Source: Candidatus Eiseniibacteriota bacterium
GTDB taxonomy: Bacteria > Eisenbacteria > RBG-16-71-46
Direction of reading: 5' to 3'
Assembly: GCA_044223005.1 (NCBI GenBank)
Contig: JBGAML010000020.1
Coordinates: 28,132 to 92,131, forward strand
Length of the DNA stretch: 64,000 nt
A program made the translations under genes and the position numbers. The notes under the pieces are model-generated. The model was not told the DNA's origin. It did no database searches and saw nothing but the letters and a program-made list of their open reading frames with translations. Every line of letters begins with the position of its first letter. Within the stretch, counting starts at the first letter, position 1. Positions 1-9,387 of the stretch are shown in pieces.

Positions 1-632
1 GAAAGCCCGACGCCGCAGGCCGACGCGATCACGAGGATGATGAGCCCGTTGAGGATCAGGTTGAGCCGCGACGACGCCTCCAGCTTCTCGGTCTCGAGCG
101 CGGCCTTGGTGAGGTTGTCCATCTTCTCGGCCTCGAGCTCGTCCAACGCCTTCTCCAACGGGCGCAGGATCGCGCCGGCCTCGTCGACCTTGGCGAGCGC
201 CTCGGTGTCGCGGTCTTCGGCGGCGAGGCGCAGCGACTCCTGCCGCAGCGTCCATGCGGCGTCGTACTGCTCCATGACCTTGGCGGCGCGTTCCTTGTTC
301 TTGGGCTGCTTGATGCGCGCGCGGTACTCGTCCATCGCCTTGCGGAACGCCTTGTCGCACGCGGCCACCTTGTCCGCATGCGTGCGCACTCCGGCGGCGT
401 CGTGTTCGAGAACCGCGTCCCGCAACTCGCGCGAGATGACCAGTGTCTCGATGTGCGCTTCCTTCAGGTTGGCGAGGCCGATCGCATGGCGCTGGAACAG
501 GGAGTCGACCTGCGCCTGGATCTGGTTCACCGCGAGCAACGCCATCACGCACATCACGCCCACGAGCACGGAGACGACTCCGAAGCCGAGGCCCAGCTTC
601 CAGCGCATCGAAAGGTTGCGGAACCACCGCAT
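1..632 (-). CDS. Methyl-accepting chemotaxis protein, N-terminal part (TM1, four-helix ligand-binding domain, TM2); runs off the window
   Basis: Not in the ORF track; translated by hand from ATG 632 (GGAG RBS): MRWFRNLSMRWKLGLGFGVVSVLVGVM...SLFQRHAIGLANLKEA...second hydrophobic segment. Typical 4HB MCP start. Confidence 0.8.
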   Translation of the reverse strand, partial: MRWFRNLSMRWKLGLGFGVVSVLVGVMCVMALLAVNQIQAQVDSLFQRHAIGLANLKEAHIETLVISRELRDAVLEHDAAGVRTHADKVAACDKAFRKAMDEYRARIKQPKNKERAAKVMEQYDAAWTLRQESLRLAAEDRDTEALAKVDEAGAILRPLEKALDELEAEKMDNLTKAALETEKLEASSRLNLILNGLIILVIASACGVGL

Positions 633-754
633 GGCAGGAAATCTCCACGGCGGCCGCGGCGAGGATGGATGCGCACGGGGGACGCCCTACGAGCCTGATC
701 GCGCCCGCGCCATTCGGCGCGAGCGCACCTCGATTTCACGGGGGGCAAGTTCCC

Positions 755-782
755 AGTATCGGTCGCGCGTCGAGCGCCTGAA
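755..782 (-). promoter_or_regulatory. Possible sigma28 (FliA)-type promoter for the MCP gene
   Basis: Minus strand TTCAGG-N13-ACCGATAC resembles the TAAA/TCAAG...GCCGATAA consensus, upstream of a chemoreceptor. Confidence 0.35.
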
Positions 783-824
783 GGCACGCGTGGCGCTCGC
801 GACACCTCACAACCTGAAACGCGA

Positions 825-850
825 GGCCCGGCGCCTCTCGGCGCCGGGCC
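825..850 (-). terminator. Terminator-like hairpin after the oxidoreductase operon
   Basis: GGCCCGGCGCC-tctc-GGCGCCGGGCC, 11-bp stem, followed by TCGCGTTTC on the minus strand. Confidence 0.65.
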
Positions 851-879
851 AGTGTGTTCGTCGCGTGTGAAGCGAGCGT

Positions 880-1776
880 CTACGTGCCGAACTTCACGCG
901 TTTCTCGAGCCGCGCCCAGCGGGCGTCGGTCTCGGCCTGGATGTGACGGATCTGCTCGTCCGTCAGGTGCTTGAAACGTCCCTGGCGGCGGACGTACGGC
1001 TCCACGGGATCACCGGCGTGGTCCATCGTGAAGCGCCAGCGCTGCCCATCCTCCACTTCGAAGAGCGGGAACACGCGCGTGTGCACCGCCTGCCGCGCGA
1101 GTTCGACGGTCTCTTCGTCGGAGCTGCGCCAGCCCGGGGGGCACGGCGCGAGGATGTGCAGGAATCGCGTGCCGCGGACGGCCTTGGCCTTCTTCACCTT
1201 CTCGACCAGGTCGGCCGGGAACGCGATCGACGCGGTCGCCGCGTATGGAATGCCGTGCGAGGCGAGGATCGCGATCATGTCCTTCTTCGGGTGCGACTTC
1301 GGCGTGCCCGCGGGCGTCGTCGTCGTCCACGCACCCCACGGGGTCGAGGACGAGCGCTGGATGCCCGTGTTCATGTACGCCTCGTTGTCGTAGCAGACGT
1401 ACAGGATGTTCTCGTTGCGCTCGGCGGCACCCGAGAGCGACTGCAGGCCGATGTCGAACGTGCCGCCGTCACCCGCCCATGCGAGCACCGTCGTGTCCTC
1501 GTCGCCCGCCATGTCCAGCGCCGCGCGGATGCCCGAGGCCGTGGAGGCCGCGGTCTCGAACGCGGTGTGGAAGAGCGGCACGCCGAGCGAGGACTGCGGA
1601 TACGGGCCGGCGACGATCGTCCAGCAGCACGCGGGCAGCGACACGATCGTCTTCGGGCCCAGCGTCTTCAGCACGAGCCGCATCGCGAGGCTGCCGCCGC
1701 AGCCGGGGCACGCGAGGTGCCCGCTCGCCATCAGTTCCTCGTGCGGGATCAGTTCCTTGATCTGGATCTGGCTCAT
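880..1776 (-). CDS. porB: Pyruvate/2-oxoacid:ferredoxin oxidoreductase beta subunit (TPP-binding)
   Basis: GHLACPGCG, TAFETAA, GDGGTFDIG...YDNEAYMNTGIQRSS, PCPPGW motifs. Confidence 0.92.
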   Translation of the reverse strand: MSQIQIKELIPHEELMASGHLACPGCGGSLAMRLVLKTLGPKTIVSLPACCWTIVAGPYPQSSLGVPLFHTAFETAASTASGIRAALDMAGDEDTTVLAWAGDGGTFDIGLQSLSGAAERNENILYVCYDNEAYMNTGIQRSSSTPWGAWTTTTPAGTPKSHPKKDMIAILASHGIPYAATASIAFPADLVEKVKKAKAVRGTRFLHILAPCPPGWRSSDEETVELARQAVHTRVFPLFEVEDGQRWRFTMDHAGDPVEPYVRRQGRFKHLTDEQIRHIQAETDARWARLEKRVKFGT

Positions 1777-2942
1777 GCCTTCACCCCCACCCAGACGTCC
1801 TCGCGCTGGGGCGTCGCGGCCGCGGAGGCCGCGCGGGCCTTCGCGACGCAGTCCAGGATCGTGGCCGGAGTCACGTCGCGGCCACCGAGGCCCACGATGA
1901 AGCCGTGGATCCGCGGGCGCTTCGCGTCCGGAAGGTCGTAGAGCGCCGCGCGGGTCTCCTCGGCGAAGATGCCGCTGTGGCCCGGCGAGATGTTGCGGTC
2001 GAGCACGGCGAGATCCGGCACGCCCGCAAGCGCGCGACGCAGGTCCTCGGTCGGGAACGGGCGGAACATCTTCACCTTCACGAGGCCCACCTTCTGGCCC
2101 TCGTCCCGCAGCTGGTTCACGACGTGGCGCGCCGTCGACGTGATGGTGCCCGAGGTCATGAGCACGAGCTCGGCGTCCTCGGTCCGGTACGTCTCGATCG
2201 GGCCGTAGCCGCGGCCGAAGCGCTTGTTCCAGTCGGCGTCGATGGCGATCATCGCGTCACGCGCGTCCTCCATCGCTTCCTGCTGGCGCAGCCGCATCTC
2301 CATGTAGACGGCCGGCGTCGTGAGCGCGCCGAACGCGTGTGGCTCGTTCACGTCGAGCTTGTAGCGCGCCTGGCGCGGCGGCAGGAAGTCGTCCACCGCC
2401 TCCGGATCCGGAATGTCGACCGGCTCCGACGTGTGCGAAAGGAAGAACGCGTCGAGCACGACCATGACCGGCAGGTCCACCGCCTCGGCGAGCTTGAACG
2501 CCTGGATGGTCGTGTCGAGCACCTCCTGGTTCGTCTCGCAATAAAGCTGGATCCAGCCGGTGTCGCGCTGGGACAGCGAATCGTTCTGGTCCGTCCACAC
2601 GGTCCAGCCGGGCGCCATGGCGCGGTTCACGTCGACCATGACGATGGGCAGCCGGCCGCCGCCCGCCCAGTGCAGCAGCTCGTGCATGAGCGCGAGCCCC
2701 TGCGCGGACGTGGCCGTGAACGCGCGCGCGCCGGTAGCGGCGGCGCCGATGCACGCGGCCATGGCGGAGTGTTCGGACTCGACCTTGATGAAGCGCGCCT
2801 TCAGGTCGCCGCTCGCGCACATCTCCGAGAGCTCTTCGACGACCTGCGTCTGCGGCGTGATGGGGTACGCGGCGATGACCTGCGCGCGCGCGAGCTTGAC
2901 GCCCCACGACACTGCGTGGTTCCCGATGATGACCTTCTTCAC
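1773..2942 (-). CDS. porA: Pyruvate/2-oxoacid:ferredoxin oxidoreductase alpha subunit
   Basis: GTG start overlapping the upstream stop (GTGA); AYPITPQT, ESEHSAM, TATSAQGL, GLGGRDV motifs. Confidence 0.92.
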   Translation of the reverse strand: MKKVIIGNHAVSWGVKLARAQVIAAYPITPQTQVVEELSEMCASGDLKARFIKVESEHSAMAACIGAAATGARAFTATSAQGLALMHELLHWAGGGRLPIVMVDVNRAMAPGWTVWTDQNDSLSQRDTGWIQLYCETNQEVLDTTIQAFKLAEAVDLPVMVVLDAFFLSHTSEPVDIPDPEAVDDFLPPRQARYKLDVNEPHAFGALTTPAVYMEMRLRQQEAMEDARDAMIAIDADWNKRFGRGYGPIETYRTEDAELVLMTSGTITSTARHVVNQLRDEGQKVGLVKVKMFRPFPTEDLRRALAGVPDLAVLDRNISPGHSGIFAEETRAALYDLPDAKRPRIHGFIVGLGGRDVTPATILDCVAKARAASAAATPQREDVWVGVKA

Positions 2943-4777
2943 AGGCCCTCCCGCGTCATGGTCATGGCGCCGCGCGGACATTCGGCGACGCACAGGCCGC
3001 ACCCCTTGCAGTACTTGTAGGACAGCGAGAACCCATGCCCGCTCGAATGGCGCTTGATCGCCACGTCCGGGCAGTAGATCAGGCACAGCTCGCAGTCGTT
3101 GCACACGCCGCAGTTGAAGCAGCGCTTGGCTTCCGCGATCGCCTCGTCCTGCGCGAGCCCGAGGTTCGACTCCGCGAAGTCCGAGCCGCTCTGGCCCGGG
3201 GCGCGATGCCGGTCGGGCGTGCTCGGCGAGTGCGTGAAGTACGCCATGTTGAGCTGGTCGAACGGCACGACCTCGTTGAGCTCGGCCGCGCGGTGCACGG
3301 GATCGTCCCCGCGCCAGCGCGTCATGCTCATGTTGCCCGTGCCGCCATAGCGCAGCGCCTTCGGCTCGAGCGCCGGCACCGGTTCGCCCGCGCGCGTACG
3401 CAGCCAGCGATCGATCCCGATCGCCGCGCGCTTGCCGGAGCCGAGCGCGTGCGCGACGGTGCGCGGCTCGCCCGACATGTCGCCGCCGGCGAAGTAGCCC
3501 TCGCGGCTCGTCTGGCCGAACTCGTCCGTGCGCAGGATGTAGCCGCGGCGGTGCAGATCCGGCGGCAGGGCCCCCAGGTCCGCTTCGACGCCGGACGCGG
3601 TGAGCACCGTGTCGGCCGGCAGCACGAACGAACTGCCGGGCACCGACAGCATGCGCCGCGAGCCGTCGCCCGCGGGTTGCTCGGGCTGCAGCCGCACGCA
3701 CGCGACGCCGACGAGGCGCGCATTCGCCGAGGCGGCCTCGCCGCTGTCGAACATGCTGCGGATCGCGTCGATCGCCGCTTCGTCGTCCGCGTGCTCCGAC
3801 ACCTGCACGCCGACCACGCGCGTGAAGAACTCGAACCGCACGCCCTCACGCAGCGCCTCTTCCACCGCTTCGGCGTCGGCGCTCATGTCCTCGCGCGCGC
3901 CGCTCACGACCACGACCGGTTCGCCGCCGAGCCGCAGTGCCGTCCGCGCGCAGTCGACGGCGGTGTCGCTGCCCCCGACCACGATCACGCGCCGGCCCGC
4001 GTGCCCGCGGCCACCCGCACGCACCTCGTGCAGGAAGTCGATCCCGGGCCGCACGTCGGCGAGGTCCTGCTCCTGCCACTCGAAGCCCTCGCGGGCCCGC
4101 GCGCCGGAGCCGAGGAACACGGCGTCGAAACGCTCGAGATCCTTCCACGGCAGGTTGCCGCCGATCCGGACGCCGCACTGGATGCTGACGCCCTCGGCGC
4201 GCACGCGCTCGATCTCGCGCACGAGCACCGCGCGCGGCAGCCGGTATTCCGGCACGCCATAGCGCAACCAGCCGCCCGGCTCGGGATCGGCCTCGAACAC
4301 CGTCACCGAGTAGCCGAGCCGCGCCAGGTGGTACGCGCAGGCGAGCCCGGAGGGCCCGGAGCCGACCACCGCGACGTGCTCGCGACGCGTGCGCGGCGGC
4401 GCGCTCGCGCGCGGCGGGTCGGGCAGATCGCCGAGCATGCGCTCGACGGCGTGGATGTTGACGGCTTCGTCGAACAGCGCGCGGCTGCAGGCGCGCTGGC
4501 AGGCGTGATCGCAGACGCGACCGCAGACGCCGGGCAGCGGGTTCTCGCGCAGCATCATCTCGCGCGCTTCCGCCACCTGGTCCAGGCGGAGGAAGTTCAT
4601 CACGGCTTCGACGTCGATGCCGACCGGGCAGGCCGCGTTGCAAGGCGCGATCTTGTCCTGGTAGATCGGCTGGATGTACTTCCACGAACCGGTGCGGTTC
4701 GCGAGCGTGGAGCCCGAGCTCACGGAGATCGTGGGAACGCCGTGGGCGATGTCGGGAGCGGCCTTGCCGTCAGGCAT
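2939..4777 (-). CDS. GltD-like FAD/Fe-S oxidoreductase fused with PorD-like 2x[4Fe-4S] ferredoxin
   Basis: N-terminal TGSWK (delta-like), PCNAACP...CGRVC...C...C cluster, GSGPSG FAD motif, C-terminal CFNCGVCNDCELC..CP and CKGCGLC..CP. Confidence 0.85.
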   Translation of the reverse strand: MPDGKAAPDIAHGVPTISVSSGSTLANRTGSWKYIQPIYQDKIAPCNAACPVGIDVEAVMNFLRLDQVAEAREMMLRENPLPGVCGRVCDHACQRACSRALFDEAVNIHAVERMLGDLPDPPRASAPPRTRREHVAVVGSGPSGLACAYHLARLGYSVTVFEADPEPGGWLRYGVPEYRLPRAVLVREIERVRAEGVSIQCGVRIGGNLPWKDLERFDAVFLGSGARAREGFEWQEQDLADVRPGIDFLHEVRAGGRGHAGRRVIVVGGSDTAVDCARTALRLGGEPVVVVSGAREDMSADAEAVEEALREGVRFEFFTRVVGVQVSEHADDEAAIDAIRSMFDSGEAASANARLVGVACVRLQPEQPAGDGSRRMLSVPGSSFVLPADTVLTASGVEADLGALPPDLHRRGYILRTDEFGQTSREGYFAGGDMSGEPRTVAHALGSGKRAAIGIDRWLRTRAGEPVPALEPKALRYGGTGNMSMTRWRGDDPVHRAAELNEVVPFDQLNMAYFTHSPSTPDRHRAPGQSGSDFAESNLGLAQDEAIAEAKRCFNCGVCNDCELCLIYCPDVAIKRHSSGHGFSLSYKYCKGCGLCVAECPRGAMTMTREGL

Positions 4778-5393
4778 GCTCCACCTCCTGGAACGGGATG
4801 CGGACGATCGAGCGCGCCGCTTCGCGCGCAGCCTCGATGTTGGCGTCGGCGCGTCCGGGGATCGCCTCGGTGATCGCCTCGCAGATCGCGTCGAGCCCGA
4901 CGAGCCCCGAGTCCCCGGCGAACGCGCCGAGGATGGCCGTGTTGACGATCGGCTGCGTCTTGGAGCCGAGCCCGAACTTGCGCGCGATCGTCGACGCGTC
5001 GACGAGCGAGACGCGGAACTGCTGCGCGAGCGACGCGTACGTCTCCGGCCCGCGGTCGGAGTTGATGAGGATGGTGCCGCCCGGCTGCAGGCCCTGCGTG
5101 ACGTCGATGGCCTTGATCAGCGTCGGGTCGAGGATGATGAGGTCGTGCGGGTTGGTGATCTCGCAGCGCAGCAGGATCGGGCCCTGCGAGAAGCGCAGGA
5201 ACGCCGTCACCGGCGCGCCGCGGCGTTCGACACCGAACGCCGGGAAGGACTGCACCGACTGGCCTTCACGGAAGAGGGCGGACGCCAGCACCTTCGAGGC
5301 GATGACGGCCCCCTGTCCTCCACGGCCATGGATCCGGAGCTCGCGCACGTCGGCCCGGCGGGCCGGCGAACCGGGAGCGGAACGATCGTTCAT
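4770..5393 (-). CDS. Pyruvate/2-oxoacid:ferredoxin oxidoreductase gamma subunit
   Basis: RIHGRGGQGAV, FPAFGVERRGAPV, PIVNTAILGA motifs. Confidence 0.92.
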   Translation of the reverse strand: MNDRSAPGSPARRADVRELRIHGRGGQGAVIASKVLASALFREGQSVQSFPAFGVERRGAPVTAFLRFSQGPILLRCEITNPHDLIILDPTLIKAIDVTQGLQPGGTILINSDRGPETYASLAQQFRVSLVDASTIARKFGLGSKTQPIVNTAILGAFAGDSGLVGLDAICEAITEAIPGRADANIEAAREAARSIVRIPFQEVEHA

Positions 5394-5495
5394 GGGACGC
5401 CTCCACGAGTACGCCGTTGCGACCTTCGGAGCAGCGCCCCGGGCGTGCGGGTGCCGGCGGCGAAGGCGGAAGCAGATACGTGCCGCCGATCGACC

Positions 5496-5510
5496 GCATG
5501 AGGTGTGCCA
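5496..5510 (-). promoter_or_regulatory. Putative sigma54 -24/-12 promoter of the oxidoreductase operon
   Basis: Minus strand TGGCAC-ACCTC-ATGC, GG-N10-GC spacing, ~100 nt upstream of the gamma start. Confidence 0.55.
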
Positions 5511-5789
5511 CGTGCAAGGGCGCCCGGGAGTTAGCGCGAGCGTCCGACGAACGCGGCCGGGAACAAGCGATTCGCGTCTCGCGCGGGCCGCCGGCGTGGC
5601 AGGGCGCCGCCGGCGGGTCGCGGCCGGGCCGTCATCCTGTCAGTGACCGGCGCGGGGACGTGTCAGGGCGGCAGGACGCGGCGTCGCGCTCACCCGCGAC
5701 GCGGGCCCTCCGGCGCCGGGACGCCCGGCTCCCGCGGCCGTGTCACGGCCGTCGCGCCGCGACCCGCGCGTTTGCTACATTCCGCGCCC

Positions 5790-7619
5790 ATGACCCAACG
5801 CCGCTCGTTTCTCCCGCCCATCGGTACCCCCGGCTACTACATCCTCCTCGCCGCCGTCGCCATCCTGGTCCTGGGCCCCCTCGGGGGCGTCACGGCCGCC
5901 TACATGAACTTCTCGCTCGGCTTCTTCGTGGGCGGGCAGGTCCTGGCAGGCATCCTCGGGAGCGTCGTCACCTACGGGTACGGCGCCGAGGGCAAGCACG
6001 GCGCGAACTACATCCAGACCATGGCCGCTTCGGTGGCCGGGCTCTCCGGCATGGCCGTGCTGATCCAGGCCATGACCTGGCTGGGCCTGCCGGAGCCGCC
6101 GCTCTGGCAGATGGTGCTCTACTTCATGTGCATCGGCATGTTCGGCGTCGGCGTCGGCATGCTCTACACGCCGATCCTCGTCGACCGCATGCAGCTCTCG
6201 TTCCCCTCCGGCTTCGCGGTCGCGAACATCCTGCGCGCGCTCACCGACATCCGCCTGCTCAAGGAATCCATCGCCAAGCTGGGCGGCGGCGCGTTCGCGG
6301 GCTTCGCGAGCGGCCTCGCCGTGAGCATCCCGTTCGGCGGCTCGTTCGGCGCGGCGATGGCGAAGTTCTCCGAATCCGGCTACCAGGCCTCGACGCTCGG
6401 CGCGGGCATGATCGTCGGGGCGCGCATCGGCGTGCCCGCGATCGTCGCGGGCGCGCTCGGCACGTGGCTCGTGCCGTGGCTGCGCACGCACGGCATGCAC
6501 GACGCGAGCGGCGTCATGACGCCCTACCTCGGGCCGCACGACCCGTTCCGCAAGATCGCCTTCATCTGCGCGCTCGGCATGATCATGGGCGCGGCGGCCG
6601 TCGACATGGCGATGCTCGCCGGCACCGCGATCGCGTCGTTCGGCAAGTCCAAGCCCGCCGCGCCGGCCGAGGACTGGAAGCGCACCGACAACCGCTTCCT
6701 CGTCGGCTGGGTCGCCTTCTGGGCCCTGGCGATCGTGTTCATGGGCGTCGGCGTCCTGCACCTGCCGGCGACGTTCGTGGTGATCGCGATCGCGCTCGCG
6801 TTCGTGTTCCTGATGGTCAACGGCATCTCGCTCGGCATCTCGGACAGCAACCCGATCTCGAGCGCGTTCGTGCTGACGGTCTTCATCCTGGCCACGATCG
6901 GGCTCAAGGACGCCGGCGTCGGCCTGCTCTGCGCGACGATCCTGCTGATCTCGACCAGCGTCGGCGGCGACATGCAGCAGGACCGCTCGACGGGCTGGCG
7001 GCTCGGCACCAACCGGGCGATCCAGTTCCGCTACCAGGTGATCGGCATCGCGATGGGCGCGGTGATGAGCGTGGTCCTTGCGCGGCTCTTCATGCGCGCC
7101 TACCCCGTGCTCGCGGTGAACCAGTTCGCGAACCCGGGCACGCCCGGCACCGAGAAGTGGCAGGCGGCGATGACCTACAAGTTCGTCGGCGCCCTGAACG
7201 GGCTCACGCACCCGAACCCGAACGTGATGGTGGCGCTCGGGCTGGGCATCGCGATCGGCCTCGCGACCGAGATCCTGCGCAAGGTGATCAAGAAGAACGC
7301 GGGCTACCAGGCGTGGGTGAAGCGCGGCGGGTTCGCCTACTACCTCGACCTGACGCTCGATTGCGTCGTGCTGCCGAGCCCGTACGCGTCCAGCTTCGGC
7401 GGCTTCGTCGAGTTCGGCACGTCCATGTGGTTCGGTCTCGGCGGCATCTTCAGCTCGCTGCTGCAGACGTGGCAGGCGCGCCAGCCGCGCAAGTCCGCGC
7501 ACGACGACCTGCCCGAGGACATGAGCACGATGTCGCTCGTGGGCGGCGGCCTGATCGCGGGCGACTCGCTGGCGGCCCTCGCGCTCGGGCTCTTCGGACT
7601 GCTGAAGACGCTCGGCTGA
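5790..7619 (+). CDS. OPT/YSL-family oligopeptide transporter
   Basis: Highly hydrophobic; NYIQTMAAS, FPSG.AVA, GISDSNPISSA, DMQQDRSTGWRLG, GGGLIAGDSL motifs; ATG 5790 preferred over the longer ORF start. Confidence 0.85.
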   Translation: MTQRRSFLPPIGTPGYYILLAAVAILVLGPLGGVTAAYMNFSLGFFVGGQVLAGILGSVVTYGYGAEGKHGANYIQTMAASVAGLSGMAVLIQAMTWLGLPEPPLWQMVLYFMCIGMFGVGVGMLYTPILVDRMQLSFPSGFAVANILRALTDIRLLKESIAKLGGGAFAGFASGLAVSIPFGGSFGAAMAKFSESGYQASTLGAGMIVGARIGVPAIVAGALGTWLVPWLRTHGMHDASGVMTPYLGPHDPFRKIAFICALGMIMGAAAVDMAMLAGTAIASFGKSKPAAPAEDWKRTDNRFLVGWVAFWALAIVFMGVGVLHLPATFVVIAIALAFVFLMVNGISLGISDSNPISSAFVLTVFILATIGLKDAGVGLLCATILLISTSVGGDMQQDRSTGWRLGTNRAIQFRYQVIGIAMGAVMSVVLARLFMRAYPVLAVNQFANPGTPGTEKWQAAMTYKFVGALNGLTHPNPNVMVALGLGIAIGLATEILRKVIKKNAGYQAWVKRGGFAYYLDLTLDCVVLPSPYASSFGGFVEFGTSMWFGLGGIFSSLLQTWQARQPRKSAHDDLPEDMSTMSLVGGGLIAGDSLAALALGLFGLLKTLG

Positions 7620-7636
7620 CGGCCGGCGAAGACGAA

Positions 7637-7669
7637 CGGGCCCGGATCCGCGACGCGGATCCGGGCCCG
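7637..7669. terminator. Strong hairpin between convergent genes
   Basis: CGGGCCCGGATCCGCG-a-CGCGGATCCGGGCCCG perfect inverted repeat. Confidence 0.65.
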
Positions 7670-7686
7670 ATGCGTTCGTGCGGGAC

Positions 7687-9144
7687 TCAGCCCCGCATCA
7701 TCGGCGGCGTCTTCGGCTTGGGCGGCAGCGGCGGCATCACCGCGGGCACGTCGTGCAGGATGTGCGGACGGAACACCGAGAACTGGAAGTCGGGGCTCGT
7801 GATCTCGGTGTGGCAGCCGCGGCACGTCGCCTCGGGAACGCTCACCCGGGCGGCGGGCCACGCGTCGTGCTCGGTTCCCATCCCGTGGCAGTTCTCGCAC
7901 TGCACGTTCGCGAGCTTCGCGGCGTCGTTCACGCCGGCGAAGCCGCCCGGCTTGCCGTAGCCGACCACGTGGCACTTCTGGCAGTCCTCGGTGGCGTCCT
8001 TGCGGACGTCGACCAGCGTCTGCCAGGCCTGCGCGTGGCTGGTAGTCCGCCACTGCGCGTACTCCTTCGCGTGGCAGCGGCCGCAGAACTCGGCACCGAG
8101 ATAGTGCGGCGTCGCGTCCTCGAACTCGTTCCAGCCCGTCGCGTTCCCGCCGGTGCGCTTCTTCTGCAGTTCGCGCTGGTGCTCGTTGAACGCGTCCTCG
8201 AACGTGCGCACGCGCTGGAGGACGGCTTTGTTCTCGGGAATCTCGGGGTTCAACTCGAACGTGTGGTTCTCGCCCGAGGTCATGCGGCCGTCGGCGCCGA
8301 GCGTGAGGTCGGTGACGCCGATGTAGTGTCCCTGCTCGCCGCCGTAGTTGGCGACCGTGCCCTTCACCGTGCGGCCCTGCGGCAGCACCGCGATGTTCAG
8401 GCCCACGATCACGGCGTCGATGCCGTCGATCGACGCGACGAGGTCCTCGCTCTCGATGCGGCCGAGGTTGGAGAGCAGCACGACGACCGTGGCACCGCGC
8501 TTGCGCAGTTCGGTCACGGTGGCCTGCGCCGTCGCCAGCGGATCGAGCACCTTCACGGAATCCTTCGCGGGCCCGAGCTCGGCCTTGTCGGACATCAGCG
8601 AGAAGAGGCCGACGTTGACGTTGCCCGACTTGACCAGCCGCCACGGCGGCAGCACCGGCTTGCCGGAGGCGCGCTCGACGAGGTTGGCGCAGGTCGCGTT
8701 CGTCTTGCCGTGCGCGACGACCGCGCGCAGGAAGCCGAGGCCGTACTCGAGCTCGCGATGGCTGATGCCCACGGCGTCGGCGTTCAGGCGCCCGAGTTCG
8801 TCCGCCTGGAACGACGCCTTCTCCATGAAGTCCTCGCCGCCTTCGGGGAACCAGCCGCCACTGTCGACCAGCAGCACCTGGCCGAACTCGGCGCGGATGC
8901 TGTCCGCGAACGCGGCGCGGCGGGCGAACCCACCCTTCGGGATGTGGCAGCCGCACGGGCTGGTCATGCCCTTCACGTCGGTGGTCGAGAGCACCACGAG
9001 GTGATCGGGCCGGGCCACGGTCGGGGTCGCGGGCGTCGCCGCGCTCGCGGACGGCGCCTGGAGCGCGAGAGCGAACGCGAGGACGAGCGTGGTGCGCGCG
9101 ACCGTTCGCGCGTGGCGGCGGGCGTCGAGGTTCGGCAGGGACAT
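7687..9144 (-). CDS. Exported UshA/5'-nucleotidase-like domain (CGC motif) fused to a tetraheme c-type cytochrome
   Basis: GGAGG RBS, signal peptide, STTDVKG..SPCGC...GGFARRA, LLVDSGG; four CxxCH motifs (CGRCH, CQKCH, CENCH, CRGCH). Confidence 0.8.
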   Translation of the reverse strand: MSLPNLDARRHARTVARTTLVLAFALALQAPSASAATPATPTVARPDHLVVLSTTDVKGMTSPCGCHIPKGGFARRAAFADSIRAEFGQVLLVDSGGWFPEGGEDFMEKASFQADELGRLNADAVGISHRELEYGLGFLRAVVAHGKTNATCANLVERASGKPVLPPWRLVKSGNVNVGLFSLMSDKAELGPAKDSVKVLDPLATAQATVTELRKRGATVVVLLSNLGRIESEDLVASIDGIDAVIVGLNIAVLPQGRTVKGTVANYGGEQGHYIGVTDLTLGADGRMTSGENHTFELNPEIPENKAVLQRVRTFEDAFNEHQRELQKKRTGGNATGWNEFEDATPHYLGAEFCGRCHAKEYAQWRTTSHAQAWQTLVDVRKDATEDCQKCHVVGYGKPGGFAGVNDAAKLANVQCENCHGMGTEHDAWPAARVSVPEATCRGCHTEITSPDFQFSVFRPHILHDVPAVMPPLPPKPKTPPMMRG

Positions 9145-9387
9145 GCCTGAGACTCCTCCAGCACGGTGATCGTCGCGATGGCTGCCACTCGGCAGCGAGG
9201 CCGCGGGGCCCGCGGTCGGGGCGGCGACCGAGGATTTTGCGGGACGGACGGCGGCCCGCGCAAGCCCTTCGCGACCCGGAACCGGGGTGCGATGCGCCCA
9301 ACGGCCCGCTTGCGCGCCCGCGCGAGCCGATGGCATACACTTCCCTGACACGTTGGAGCGAGAACGCCGTCCCGGGGGCCCCGAATC

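Noticed and set aside
2939..4777. DsrL or glutamate synthase small subunit
   Set aside because: Similar architecture, but no dsr or gltB genes nearby; it is embedded in a por-type operon
8941..8960. Selenocysteine recoding in the UshA-like protein
   Set aside because: The motif is TGC GGC TGC, with no in-frame TGA
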